Below, piece after piece: positions 20,754 through 30,510 of a stretch of 64,000 nt of DNA. The notes under the pieces were generated by a model that searched no databases, was not told the DNA's origin, and saw nothing but the letters and a program-made list of their open reading frames with translations. Origin of the DNA: Planctomycetaceae bacterium (GTDB taxonomy: Bacteria; Planctomycetota; Planctomycetia; Pirellulales; Pirellulaceae); assembly GCA_020638975.1 (NCBI GenBank), contig JACKHN010000020.1:1-64000 (forward strand), given 5' to 3'. Each line of letters starts with the position of its first letter. Positions within the stretch are counted from its first letter, which is position 1. Position numbers and translations under genes: made by a program.

Positions 20754-21257
20754 CTAAACCAATGTCTTCGTCATGAACGCCGCATCTGCTCCAGTCGGGC
20801 TGCCACAGCCAAAGCCAACACGTTCATAAAGCCGCCGAGCGTTCACGTTCTCGCTGTGGACTTCCAGTGTAAGCTTACAGCAGCCGAGGCGGATGGCTTC
20901 CTGTTCCACAGCCGCGAGCAGCTTTGTACCCAGACCTTGCCCACGATAGTCTCGATGGACGGTCAGGTCGTGGACATTTAGCAGCGGAAGCGCTCGAAAC
21001 GTCGAATAACCCAGAAAACAAATCGCGAGGCCCACCGGGCGTGTACCGTCGAGAGCCAGGAAATAGCGACCATTCGACTGCGCGGCGAGCCCCGGGATCA
21101 GCCGCCTCTGGGCCGTTTCATCCAACGGTCGTCCACCTTGAAGCGGCTCGCAGGCATACATGTTCAGCAAATCAAGAATGCCATTATGGTGCAAATCGTC
21201 AGCAAGATCTGCTTGAATGATGACAGGCGGACTCACGATGTTCTCACAATACGCCAT
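20754..21257 (-). CDS. GNAT-family N-acetyltransferase
   Basis: VHRDYRGQGLGTKLL...ARRLYERVGF contains the acetyl-CoA binding motif A (R/QxxGxG/A). Start trimmed to MAYCEN (cat at 21255-21257). Confidence 0.75.
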   Translation of the reverse strand: MAYCENIVSPPVIIQADLADDLHHNGILDLLNMYACEPLQGGRPLDETAQRRLIPGLAAQSNGRYFLALDGTRPVGLAICFLGYSTFRALPLLNVHDLTVHRDYRGQGLGTKLLAAVEQEAIRLGCCKLTLEVHSENVNARRLYERVGFGCGSPTGADAAFMTKTLV

Positions 21258-21269
21258 GCTTCTCCGGCA

Positions 21270-21428
21270 GACTAGTCCTGCGTTACAGCTGCTAATTAGG
21301 GTGAATGAAGTGAGCCACTGGCCGTAAGGCCCCGGGCGCGCCCTGCATTCCTCGTCGCCCGACCGCTTACGCGTCACGGCTCACGAAACGGGCAAACCCT
21401 AAAATCAAGGTGTAACGCTGCACTCGTG
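21270..21428. mobile_element. MITE-like ~160-bp element, copy A, with ~18-bp terminal inverted repeats
   Basis: About 90% identical to the reverse complement of 25528-25686. Its termini (a)gactagtcctgcgttaca and tgtaacgctgcactcgtg are inverted repeats of each other. It encodes no protein. Confidence 0.6.
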
Positions 21429-21453
21429 TTACGTTTCAGCTCGATTTTAGGAT

Positions 21454-21515
21454 TAGCCGTTTGGGCGCTAGCCACGGTTCGTTCGTGCCAACCGGGGCTA
21501 ACGCCCAAACGGCTA
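21454..21515. repeat. 20-nt-arm inverted repeat hairpin in the copy-A-proximal spacer
   Basis: tagccgtttgggcgctagcc...ggctaacgcccaaacggcta has a single mismatch. It lies just downstream of the DAC gene stop at 21552 and is terminator-like. Confidence 0.5.
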
Positions 21516-21551
21516 GTGTCTACAACCCTAGTTCTTAGCAGTCACAAAGCA

Positions 21552-22487
21552 CTAGTCACCTGTCGGCGAAGGAGGTTCGTACTCGAAGTCCTTCCATTTC
21601 ATCGCACGGCGGAAAGGTTCAATACGGAGAATAACTTCGCCATCCTTGAACAACCGGACCGTACCATTCGATTCACTGACAACGACCGCAATCGCATTGG
21701 TACTCTTGCTGATCGCGGCAGCTGCCCAGTGACGTGATCCCAGACCTTTGGACAACGTCAGGTTGACGTGATCGGCATCCACGATCTGACACGCCTTTTC
21801 CACCGTCCCATCCGGCGCGACGATAAACGCTCCGTCGAGCGGGGCGATTTCTTTGACCGCTTCGCGAACGCGGGGATCCGGCAGCGAGCGTTCCTTGCGA
21901 CCATAGCCCTTGACGGGGTCGAAGCCTGCCGGATGGCTGAGCGCGATGACTTTACGGGTGTCGCCGACGACAAACATCGTCCCGACCGGCTTGCCTTCGC
22001 GGCCTTCGCGTCCGATTTCGACGGCCAGATCGACGACGACCTTCAGAGTCTCGAGCGGGACGCTTGTTTCGATTTGCCGTAAGTCGCGAGCGGTCAGTCG
22101 CCCGAGGTGCTCGTCGAGTCGGATGAAGCTGATCGAGTCCATCGAATCGGCTTCGAAACCGCTGTAGACCGCAATGATCTCCGAATTGGGCTCTAGAATC
22201 TCGTTCGCCACACCTTCGAGCAGCGCGTGTGTCAACTTCTCGAAAACAGGCGAATCGTGCATTCCCAGCACGATGGTCTCAAGGCCAGCTTCCTTAGCAC
22301 CTTCCAATGCTTCGGCCGTGTCTGCGGCAACCAGAATCTTCTCGTGTCCGGCGCGTTCGCTGAGCTCCTTCCAGTCGGTCGGACCATCGAGGATCACAAG
22401 CAAAACATCAGCATCCACCTGCTTACTCAGGCTGACGGCTAAACCGTAGATCGAGGCGAATTGCTCGTTGAAACGTTGCTGTTTCAT
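21552..22487 (-). CDS. Diadenylate cyclase (DAC/DisA_N) domain protein with a distinct ~150-aa N-terminal domain (DacZ-like architecture)
   Basis: The C-terminal DAC motifs match the c-di-AMP synthase signature (DGA...GTRH...RHRAA...VVSEE): DGAFIVAPDG, KGLGSRHWAAAAIS and AIAVVVSESNGTVRLF. Confidence 0.8.
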   Translation of the reverse strand: MKQQRFNEQFASIYGLAVSLSKQVDADVLLVILDGPTDWKELSERAGHEKILVAADTAEALEGAKEAGLETIVLGMHDSPVFEKLTHALLEGVANEILEPNSEIIAVYSGFEADSMDSISFIRLDEHLGRLTARDLRQIETSVPLETLKVVVDLAVEIGREGREGKPVGTMFVVGDTRKVIALSHPAGFDPVKGYGRKERSLPDPRVREAVKEIAPLDGAFIVAPDGTVEKACQIVDADHVNLTLSKGLGSRHWAAAAISKSTNAIAVVVSESNGTVRLFKDGEVILRIEPFRRAMKWKDFEYEPPSPTGD

Positions 22488-22609
22488 TCAGCCGAAACTG
22501 CCAAAACGGGAGGGGCGGGCGAGAGAACAGAGCGACGTTCACATAGTAAAGCGTTTCGCCAACTAGAGCAACGGCCCTCGCCACTAGCATTTAAGCGACG
22601 AGATTCCGC

Positions 22610-23317
22610 CTAAAACCAACTCATCGACCGAAGACGCTCGGCGATCGTCGGCGGTTCTGGAAGAGCTGGCGAGCGACCTTCAACGAAGTCGCGCCAAGCC
22701 GGAACGTTGTCGCCGTAGTCCTGCCCCGAAACGGATTTCAAGGACTGAACCGCCCGATGCTGGAGTGCTGGATCCTTGTCGTTCAAAGCAACAGCAAGTG
22801 CTTGGAGTGATTGTTGGTCTTTGAACTTAGCGAGTTGCGCAGTCGCAGCCAGTCGTACGTCCAGATCCGAGTCACTGCTGACGGCTTGGGAAAGCACGTC
22901 AAGTGCTTCGGGACCGCCGCGACGTCCCCAGGCTCGACAGGCGGCAATGCGGACATCTGTACTCTCGTCACTCATCGCAAGCTGCAGCGTCGGGATCGTT
23001 TCGGGTGCCGGGAACTCAGCGAGCGCCAACGTCGCCTCTGCGCGCAACACGGTGTTCGTCGAGTTCTGAACAATGTCTGCGAGCGTCGGAATCACTCGGC
23101 GTTGCTCTTGGGGTGACAGTCCGGTCGGATTCTCGCGAATCGCTCGCAATTCGGCCAACTGAGTGTGGAACGTCGGCCCGGCTTGCTCGTCCTTTTCCCA
23201 TTGGTTGCGGTAATACGGATTCATTGCGGTCAATCCACCGAATGGACCATCGGCGCATCCGCTAGCGGCCATTCCGACGAGTAGAACGATCAGAGCTTTA
23301 GCTGGGGAAAATCGCAT
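22610..23317 (-). CDS. HEAT-repeat (PBS-lyase-like) lipoprotein
   Basis: Lipoprotein signal MRFSPAKALIVLLVGMAASGC, then repeated xxDxDVRxAAxxAL units (VRIAACRAWG, VRLAATAQLA, ALQHRAVQSL). Confidence 0.6.
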   Translation of the reverse strand: MRFSPAKALIVLLVGMAASGCADGPFGGLTAMNPYYRNQWEKDEQAGPTFHTQLAELRAIRENPTGLSPQEQRRVIPTLADIVQNSTNTVLRAEATLALAEFPAPETIPTLQLAMSDESTDVRIAACRAWGRRGGPEALDVLSQAVSSDSDLDVRLAATAQLAKFKDQQSLQALAVALNDKDPALQHRAVQSLKSVSGQDYGDNVPAWRDFVEGRSPALPEPPTIAERLRSMSWF

Positions 23318-23593
23318 TGCCACCAAGGAGTTTCCAAATTTACGTGCGAGTGCCGGTGCTGAATAGCGGCGGGACTGTAGCAAATCCACATCCAGGCTGC
23401 TATACGGATCTGCGTCGATCCGCGATTAATCGTGGTGACTCTTAGATTCATCGGCGATTATTGCGATCCGGCGTTTTGGAGTACATGCTGTGAATTGACC
23501 AAACTTTTGCTAAAACCAACGAACACCCGATAGATAACTGCATTTTAAGCTGTCCAGCTCGTTCGGCTGACAGCGCAATTCGGAGGCAACAGA

Positions 23594-24112
23594 GTGGTCG
23601 ATCCAACAAAACACGATGACGCGCGGGGCTTGGTCGAGTCGATTCTTCGTAAGATCCCAGGCTTTCGCGGCTATCTTGAGCAGGAATACCGCCGAGAAAG
23701 CGATCATATCGCCCGCATGTGGCTCGCAGATCGATTGGAAGCCTGCAAGGCCGGTGTCGGTCGCTATCAGCGAAACTTGCTGGATGCTCGTAAGATCGAC
23801 TACCTGGACGATTGTGAGCGAGTCCGAACGCGACTCGATACGCTGGTTTCGCGAGTTCGTGGCGCGATGCGAGGCTACAGCGGCGTGTTCGACTTTGTTC
23901 GTGTCGATGAAGCTCTGCTCGACCAGGTTTATGACGTGGATGTGGTCCTCGTCGACGAGGCCGAGTGGCTGCTCAAAGCGGTTGACGAGCTTCTGGTTCC
24001 CGAAAACGATCCGAAGACCGCGATTCCCGAGTTTCTCAAACACGTCGAAGAACTGCATCGCCAGTTCGATCGGCGCGGCGAGTTGCTTCAGGGATTGGGC
24101 ACGGATAAATAG
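23594..24112 (+). CDS. Hypothetical alpha-helical protein (GTG start)
   Basis: Good GGAGG Shine-Dalgarno 9 nt upstream of GTG 23594. Genome-typical codon usage. The opposite-strand 206-aa ORF is judged a shadow. Confidence 0.5.
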   Translation: MVDPTKHDDARGLVESILRKIPGFRGYLEQEYRRESDHIARMWLADRLEACKAGVGRYQRNLLDARKIDYLDDCERVRTRLDTLVSRVRGAMRGYSGVFDFVRVDEALLDQVYDVDVVLVDEAEWLLKAVDELLVPENDPKTAIPEFLKHVEELHRQFDRRGELLQGLGTDK

Positions 24113-24165
24113 GCCGCGTCCACGCTTCATTCAGACAGCACGTTAGCACAGTAAGGAAAGTTGCC

Positions 24166-25533
24166 ATGGGGATGCGTTTAGAAGTCATTCAGTATTTCGA
24201 CGACTCGAATCGCTCGTTGGTCCATCGAGTCCCCCCGCAAGGCTCAGCCGATATCAAACTCGGCGCTCAGTTGATCGTGCAGGAGAATCAAGAGGCTGTC
24301 TTCTTTCGCGATGGCAAGGCGATGGATCGCTTCGGGCCAGGACGCCACACGCTGACCACAATGAACGTGCCGGTGATAACGCGGATTTTGACAATTCCGT
24401 GGGAGAAGTCACCCTTCCAGGCTCAGGTCTACTTCGTTGGCAAGCAGACCTTTCTCGATCAAAAATGGGGCACTCGGCAACCGATCATTGTCCGCGACAA
24501 CGACTTTGGCATGGTTCGACTACGAAGTTTCGGCAAATTCTCGATGCGAGTCGCCGATTCGGAAGTATTGCTGAATACGCTGGTCGGCACACAAGGTAAG
24601 TACACGACCGACGAAGTTACCTCCTACCTCAAAGATCTGATCGTCTCGCGAATGACGGACGTGTTGGGTACGCTTGCGATTAGCATGCTCGATTTACCCT
24701 CGCGATTCGACGAGGTCGCTGCCGCGACGCGTGTGCAAGTTGGTGAAGACTTCAGCAAGTACGGATTAGAGCTGGTTGATTTCTTCATCAACTCGATCAC
24801 GCCACCTGAGGAAGTCCAAAAGGCGATCGATGCTCGCAGCAGCATGGGTGCGATCGGCGATCTCCGCTCGTTTACGATGTATCAAGCGGCCAACAGCATG
24901 TCCAAGATGGCAGAGAACGGCGGTGGTGGTACGGGGAGCGGCGCGATGGGGATTGGAATGGGCGCTGGGTTCGGCATGATGATGCCGCAAATGATTCGGG
25001 ACGCAATGCAGGGTCTTCAACCTGCACCCGCTGCCACTTCGTCGCCCGCCGCCGGTTTGCCAGGAGCGTCAGTGACTTCACCCACTGCAAGCGGACTGAA
25101 TTTTGATGCATTGTCGTCTTCATCAGCAGACCCGAAGCAGCTCGTGCGAAGCGTCCTGCAGACGATTCAAGGCGCGATGATCAACGAACAAGGCGACACG
25201 TGGCAAGTGACGATTCCGCTAGGCTCGCTACGAAAGCAAACAGTCGGGATCGACTTCAGTCGTCGAGATGACGAGGGCCACGCAATGATTGCTTATTCCG
25301 CGACATGCGGCCCAGCAACGCCCCAAAATGCGCTGCACTTACTCCGTTTCAACGAACAAATGGTCCATGGTGCCTTTGCCGTCCGCAATACGGCGTCCGG
25401 CGACATGGTCGTCGTCCAAGCCAATCAACTCGCAGATACGGCGGATCCCTTGGAAATCACCCGGCTCGTAACATCCGTGGCCTGGCAGGCCGATCGTGCG
25501 GAAGAGAAGTTGACGGGCGCAGATCAGCACTAG
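24166..25533 (+). CDS. SPFH/Band-7 (Band_7_1, YdjI-like) protein with Gly/Met-rich linker and YbjN-like C-terminal domain
   Basis: N-terminus [55 protein letters not shown]...[19 protein letters not shown] matches the YdjI-type SPFH family. [24 protein letters not shown] linker follows, then a C-terminal ~150 aa with a YbjN/T3SS-chaperone-like pattern. An AAGGAAAG Shine-Dalgarno is present. Confidence 0.75.
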   Translation: MGMRLEVIQYFDDSNRSLVHRVPPQGSADIKLGAQLIVQENQEAVFFRDGKAMDRFGPGRHTLTTMNVPVITRILTIPWEKSPFQAQVYFVGKQTFLDQKWGTRQPIIVRDNDFGMVRLRSFGKFSMRVADSEVLLNTLVGTQGKYTTDEVTSYLKDLIVSRMTDVLGTLAISMLDLPSRFDEVAAATRVQVGEDFSKYGLELVDFFINSITPPEEVQKAIDARSSMGAIGDLRSFTMYQAANSMSKMAENGGGGTGSGAMGIGMGAGFGMMMPQMIRDAMQGLQPAPAATSSPAAGLPGASVTSPTASGLNFDALSSSSADPKQLVRSVLQTIQGAMINEQGDTWQVTIPLGSLRKQTVGIDFSRRDDEGHAMIAYSATCGPATPQNALHLLRFNEQMVHGAFAVRNTASGDMVVVQANQLADTADPLEITRLVTSVAWQADRAEEKLTGADQH

Positions 25534-25686
25534 TGCTGCGTTACACCTTGATTTTAGGGTTTGCCCGTTTCGTGAGCCGTGACGCGTAAGCGGTCGGGCG
25601 GCGAGGAATGCAGGGCGCGCACGGGGCCTTACGGCCAGCGGCTCACTTCATTCACCCTAATCCTTAGCTGTAACGCGGCACTAGTC
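25528..25686. mobile_element. MITE-like ~160-bp element, copy B (inverted relative to copy A)
   Basis: Termini cactagtgctgcgttaca and tgtaacgcggcactagtc are perfect 18-nt inverted repeats apart from one mismatch. The interior is ~90% identical to the reverse complement of copy A. The TIR overlaps the TAG stop of the SPFH gene. Confidence 0.6.
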
Positions 25687-25999
25687 ATCTGATTTGAGGC
25701 TCTCGAAATCGTCCAGGCGGACCACGGTTGCGGCATATGCCGCGATCGGAGGTGCGACGATTTGACACATGCCTCCCTCCCCGCTCCCCTCACATCAAGG
25801 CGGCGGTATCTGCTAGAATTGCCACCAGCCGAGTAGGTATCTGCCCCACCTACTAGGTTAGGCCGGTCGAGGAATTCTGCCCCTCCTCGATCGGCTGTTT
25901 TCTTATTTTAAGAAAATATCCGGAATTCCGACCCGGTTTTGGGCGCGTTTTGCAATAGATACTTATGAGTACTTGTATCTGCTTGCGCACAGAGATCCC

Positions 26000-26581
26000 A
26001 TGCCCAATATCCGTGTCTTGCTGATCGAAGATGATCCGACCTATGCGCGTCTGCTCCAGCGAATGCTCGCGTTATCGCCGGTCGGCTTCGATGTCACCAT
26101 TGCTGACCGGCTGACGACCGCGTTGAGCGAACTCTATAAAGGCCGTTTCAATCTCATCCTGACGGACCTGAACTTGCCCGATATTCGAGGCCTCGACACC
26201 GTCGAAGCTCTCCGATCGGTCGAGTCGTCGCTTCCCATCATCGTGCTGACCGGGTTGGAGGACGTCGCCCTGGAGAAGCAAGCCGTCGCAGCCGGTGCCC
26301 AACTATGTCTCAGGAAATCAGAGGTTGATACGAAACGACTACTCGACGCGATGCACCAAGCAGTTCGCATTTCGCGTGAGACGAAGCCGCTAATCAAGGA
26401 TCGACAGGTCGACCGACTGCTCGCTGACTTGGAGGAGAACATCATCGCCGTCAAGAACGCCATCGCGATTCTCGACAACCAGCTACGCGACTCGCAACAG
26501 CAGGACGCAGTTCATACGATTCGATCACACATCGGAAAGATGCAAGACAAGATCGGAGACTACCGACGTCTCGGACGCTGA
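26000..26581 (+). CDS. Single-domain response regulator (REC) with C-terminal coiled-coil
   Basis: IRVLLIEDDP...LILTDLNLPD...IIVLTG receiver motifs with the phospho-Asp in TDLNLPD. Start trimmed to MPNIRV (ATG 26000). Confidence 0.75.
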   Translation: MPNIRVLLIEDDPTYARLLQRMLALSPVGFDVTIADRLTTALSELYKGRFNLILTDLNLPDIRGLDTVEALRSVESSLPIIVLTGLEDVALEKQAVAAGAQLCLRKSEVDTKRLLDAMHQAVRISRETKPLIKDRQVDRLLADLEENIIAVKNAIAILDNQLRDSQQQDAVHTIRSHIGKMQDKIGDYRRLGR

Positions 26582-26618
26582 TGTGCCCTGCCGAAAACGA
26601 CAAATCGGAAACTAGGTA

Positions 26619-27662
26619 CTATTCACGACGAGTCACCAGCTTCACGAGATGCGCCGCAATCTGGTCGATGGGCAGCACGGTGTCGGCCAATCCTTCCGCA
26701 ACGACAACGCCGGGCATGCCATAGACAACGCTTGTTGCTTCGTCTTGGGCAATTGTATGCCCTCCCTGCTCCCGCAACGCACGTAAACCATCTGCACCGT
26801 CGCGTCCCATCCCCGTGAGCACAATGCCGACGACTTTGCTCCCGAATGCGCGCGAGCAAGACTCGAACAAATGCGTTGCCGAGGGCCGAAACCCATCAAC
26901 AGGCGGCGTGGCTGAAAGCACCACACGACCGGTGCTTGAAACTCCTAAATGCTTGGCCTGGGGAGCCACATAAACGGTGCCCCGCTGCAAGACCTCACGA
27001 TCTTCGGCAATCTTCACCGCGGGCGGGACGCTTAAGTTGAGCCATGAGGCGAAGCCTTCCGCAAATCCATCCGCGATATGTTGTACTAGCAGAACGGGCA
27101 CGGGAAAGTCAGCCGGCAATCCGCTTAACACCTGATGCAACGCCGGTGGTCCACCGGTCGACGCGGCAATCGCCACCGCCTGAACTCGCAGCCGCATGCT
27201 GTGAGGTGTGGCTGGCCCCAGAATCTGCCTGACGTCATCAGCATGCCTCCGATGACGCATCACCCGGACCTCTGCCATTGTCTTGACCGACTCGATCAGT
27301 TCCCGAGCATCGCGGTCAAAACTCGGCGAGTCAGGGCCAGAGGGTTTGAGTTGTAACGTCAATGCACCGACGTGCAGCGACTGCATCGCCCACTCGACAT
27401 CGTTGACAGCCGAGCTCGCCGAGACGATCACGATCGGCGTCGGACACTCGATCATGATCTCTTTCGTCGCTTCGAATCCGTTCATCACGGGCATATGGAT
27501 GTCCATCGTGATGATATCGGGGCAGTACTTCTTCGCGAACTCAACCGCCTCCTGCCCGTTCTTTGCGACCGCCACAACTTGGATATCCGGGTCGCTACTA
27601 AGGATCTGCTCCAGTAGTTCGCGAGCCACTGCGGAATCGTCGACGATGAGTACTTTTAACAC
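26619..27662 (-). CDS. cheB: Chemotaxis response regulator protein-glutamate methylesterase CheB
   Basis: N-terminal REC domain (VLIVDDSAVARE...ITMDIHMPVMNG). C-terminal CheB methylesterase (IAASTGGPPAL...LVQHIADGF...GMGRDGADGLRALREQGGHTIAQDEATSVVYGMPG). Confidence 0.9.
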   Translation of the reverse strand: MLKVLIVDDSAVARELLEQILSSDPDIQVVAVAKNGQEAVEFAKKYCPDIITMDIHMPVMNGFEATKEIMIECPTPIVIVSASSAVNDVEWAMQSLHVGALTLQLKPSGPDSPSFDRDARELIESVKTMAEVRVMRHRRHADDVRQILGPATPHSMRLRVQAVAIAASTGGPPALHQVLSGLPADFPVPVLLVQHIADGFAEGFASWLNLSVPPAVKIAEDREVLQRGTVYVAPQAKHLGVSSTGRVVLSATPPVDGFRPSATHLFESCSRAFGSKVVGIVLTGMGRDGADGLRALREQGGHTIAQDEATSVVYGMPGVVVAEGLADTVLPIDQIAAHLVKLVTRRE

Positions 27663-27698
27663 GAGCGTCTTATCCGATCCAATTCTGCTTGGCTCTGA

Positions 27699-30041
27699 TT
27701 AAATCAACTGTTCGATGCTTTCTAACAGATTGCTTTGATCGAAACCGCTTTTTACCAGATAGACGCTGGCCCCAACGCGTATGCCTCGCGTCTTGTCTTC
27801 GTCCGACTCGCGCGCCGTGACCAGAATCACAGGCAGTTCGCCGAGCCTTTTCGATTTGCGAATCTTATCAGTCAGCGTAAATCCGTCCATACGTGGCATA
27901 TCAATGTCGCTCACAACAAGATCCACCTCCGTGTGACTAAGTAATTCCCATGCCTGGGCACCATCTGCCGCCGAGGTGACTTCGTAGCCAGCGGCTTCGA
28001 GGATGCTCTTCATGAGCGTCCGCGTCGTCACGGAATCGTCCACAGCCAACACCCGTTTCCGCTGTTGAGTTCTCGCTTGCGGTCTCGCAACGACGAGCGG
28101 ACGAGCCGTCTGAGTTCCTAATGCCGTCCCGACCACGTTCTGCACATTCAATACCAACGCCACACTGCCCGACGGCAACAAAGTCGCGCCCGATATATGG
28201 CGGGCATACCGAATGCGAGTCCCGAGGCTCTTGACGAGCACCTCCTGTTCGGCAAGTAAGTCGTCAACGACCAGTGCCACACGCTGGTCGCCGGCGCCAA
28301 TGACTACCGCGAGCATCTTCGAGCTATCTGAGTTTCCCTCATACCTGCCCATCTCCAGCACTTCGGAAAGTACCGTCACCGGCGTGGGCGTTCCGCCAAG
28401 AAGGAGGACATCACGTCCGCTTACTTTGGCGATACTGCCAGGATCAAAGCGAACCAATTGCTGAACCGATGACGTCGAGAGCGCGTAAGTCTGTTGTGCA
28501 GCCAGCACTAACAAGCAGCGAACCGTCGTTAGCGTTAGTGGAACATTGATAGTAAACTTCGTCCCGACACCCTCTTGAAATTCCACGTCCACCGAGCCGT
28601 GTAATGCCTGCACGCCGCTCGCAACAACATCCAAACCAACCCCCCGTCCCGATACGTCCGTAACTGTCGACGCGGTCGAAAATCCCGGCAGAAATACCAA
28701 TCGGGCTTGCTCGGACGGATCGTTTGGCACAGCGATTCCACGTTGTTGTGCGTGCTTGCAAATTCCTCTTAGATCGAATCCGCGACCATCATCTGCGACA
28801 GCGACTTCGATCTGCCCTCCTCGCAACTCTGCAGATACCGTCACGGACGCTTGTGACGGTTTGCCAGTCTTCGAGCGTTCCACAGACAACTCGATTCCAT
28901 GGTCAATGGCATTCCTCACAAGATGCAGGACAGGATCCTTCAGCCCCTCGAGGACGGAGCGATCGACTTCGACATCCTCTCCCTTGATCACAAGGCGAAC
29001 ATCCTTTCCCGTCACCTGAGCAAGATCGCGAACTGCGCGTTCGAGCCCACCGCATGCCTCGGCGAACGGCAGCATGCGGACGCGGTAAACTTCATCGTTC
29101 AACGCGTCGCAGGTATGCCGCAGCACGCGTGCGTCTGCTGCGACGTTCGCGGCGAGACGATCGGCGGCCTTTTCTATCTTTGCCAATTGGTCTCCGGTGC
29201 GTTCCAGAATCGCCACGGTTCGTCGCGGCAATTTACTCTTAATGGCAGCGGCAAGCCACGCATCGTCTGGCTCGGTCAGCAGTTTGTGTAAAGGCTTGGC
29301 CCATTCGTTCCAGTCGCCTTGCAAATCGGACAGCGACTCGCTCAATTCGCTCGATTCGATAGTCCGTTGGTCAATCCGCTGGCGAGCGACAAGCAACTCG
29401 CCATTTTGTGAAAGCAATGCGTCCAACTTTTCGGCAGCCACTCGAACCGAGGCACTACTTGCCGCAGATGGCGTGTGCACGGCTTCCACCGGTGAATCAA
29501 CTTCGGAAGCTGACGTCTGCGCCGGAGACTCGGTGGAAGGTGCACTCTCTTCGATTGCGTGTGGCGGGACGATGTCGACCGCTGACTGCGTCGCAACAGC
29601 CTTCTCGTCTAAGACGCCAACGATACCGGCGGAACCTTTGTTCTTCGCCGCATTTCGCAACTCTGGGATTAGGGTGTGTAATGAAGCGTCTTCGAACGGC
29701 TGGTCATCACGAAGCCGCATTCCAACTTCTTGGATTGCATCGGCTACTTTAAAGAACAACGAAAATAAATCGGGAGTGAGTTCGCGCCGGCCATCCCGCA
29801 CCTCGACCAAGATGTCCTCCATGATGTGACAAGCATCCTCGATGATTTCGATATTCACCGCCCGCGATGCGCCTTTGAGACTGTGTGCCGAACGGAACAA
29901 CACCTTCATCACGTCGGCACGCTGCTCGGTGGGTAATCCGCGTTCCAACGTAAGCAAATCGCGATTCATTGCTTCAACGTGTTCATGAAGCTCTTCCAGG
30001 TAAGTCGCCATCAAGCGTTTTGCGAGTTCTTGTCTATCCAT
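27699..30041 (-). CDS. cheA: Hybrid chemotaxis histidine kinase CheA with C-terminal CheY-like receiver
   Basis: HPt domain (HSLKGASRAVN), HATPase_c (NAIDHGIE...DDGRGFD...GRGVGLDVV), a CheW-like domain, and a C-terminal REC (VLAVDDSVTTR...VVSDIDMPRMDG). Confidence 0.9.
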   Translation of the reverse strand: MDRQELAKRLMATYLEELHEHVEAMNRDLLTLERGLPTEQRADVMKVLFRSAHSLKGASRAVNIEIIEDACHIMEDILVEVRDGRRELTPDLFSLFFKVADAIQEVGMRLRDDQPFEDASLHTLIPELRNAAKNKGSAGIVGVLDEKAVATQSAVDIVPPHAIEESAPSTESPAQTSASEVDSPVEAVHTPSAASSASVRVAAEKLDALLSQNGELLVARQRIDQRTIESSELSESLSDLQGDWNEWAKPLHKLLTEPDDAWLAAAIKSKLPRRTVAILERTGDQLAKIEKAADRLAANVAADARVLRHTCDALNDEVYRVRMLPFAEACGGLERAVRDLAQVTGKDVRLVIKGEDVEVDRSVLEGLKDPVLHLVRNAIDHGIELSVERSKTGKPSQASVTVSAELRGGQIEVAVADDGRGFDLRGICKHAQQRGIAVPNDPSEQARLVFLPGFSTASTVTDVSGRGVGLDVVASGVQALHGSVDVEFQEGVGTKFTINVPLTLTTVRCLLVLAAQQTYALSTSSVQQLVRFDPGSIAKVSGRDVLLLGGTPTPVTVLSEVLEMGRYEGNSDSSKMLAVVIGAGDQRVALVVDDLLAEQEVLVKSLGTRIRYARHISGATLLPSGSVALVLNVQNVVGTALGTQTARPLVVARPQARTQQRKRVLAVDDSVTTRTLMKSILEAAGYEVTSAADGAQAWELLSHTEVDLVVSDIDMPRMDGFTLTDKIRKSKRLGELPVILVTARESDEDKTRGIRVGASVYLVKSGFDQSNLLESIEQLI

Positions 30042-30510
30042 GAGGAATCACCTTTCGTACATCAATCAGACTGGCAAGAAGCTCGAATCGAGATGACCGC
30101 GCAACGACTTGCCTCACTCTGACCTTGACGTGTTCATGGTCATCGAACTGCTGTAGACGCCATGTGCAAATCAGCATGGACTGATAGACATGCATCGGTC
30201 GCAGATTGGACTCGACGGCGAAAGGGTAATCAGATTCGTCAACGCTGACAACAGTTTCGCTGAGACGATTTTCATTCCATACTTCGATGATGCGATCCAG
30301 CGAACGGTTAAGCAGTTCCGGTTTTGCATAGACATGTGTCGGTGAAATCCCATCCGGAAAGTTGACTGAGTCCAGCGGGATTGCTGCCAAAGGGTCGCTC
30401 AAAAATGAGAGGCCCCGAACAACGAGTGGAACATTAGCCGAGACGACGCCAAATACGACGACGACAACAAACGCTCGGAAGCCGGTGGCTAGTCGCCGCA
30501 TCGCACTCAA
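30034..30510 (-). CDS. Hypothetical small protein with N-terminal signal/TM, embedded in che operon
   Basis: MRRLATGFRAFVVVVVFGVVSA is a hydrophobic N-terminus. There are 4-8 nt overlaps with both the cheW stop and the cheA start, implying translational coupling. Confidence 0.45.
   Translation of the reverse strand: MSAMRRLATGFRAFVVVVVFGVVSANVPLVVRGLSFLSDPLAAIPLDSVNFPDGISPTHVYAKPELLNRSLDRIIEVWNENRLSETVVSVDESDYPFAVESNLRPMHVYQSMLICTWRLQQFDDHEHVKVRVRQVVARSSRFELLASLIDVRKVIPHG

Noticed and set aside
23510-24130. 206-aa minus-strand ORF
   Set aside because: It is entirely antisense to the plus-strand ORF 23594-24112, which has a good Shine-Dalgarno and sits co-directionally just upstream of the SPFH gene. 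The minus ORF was judged a shadow ORF typical of GC-rich DNA.
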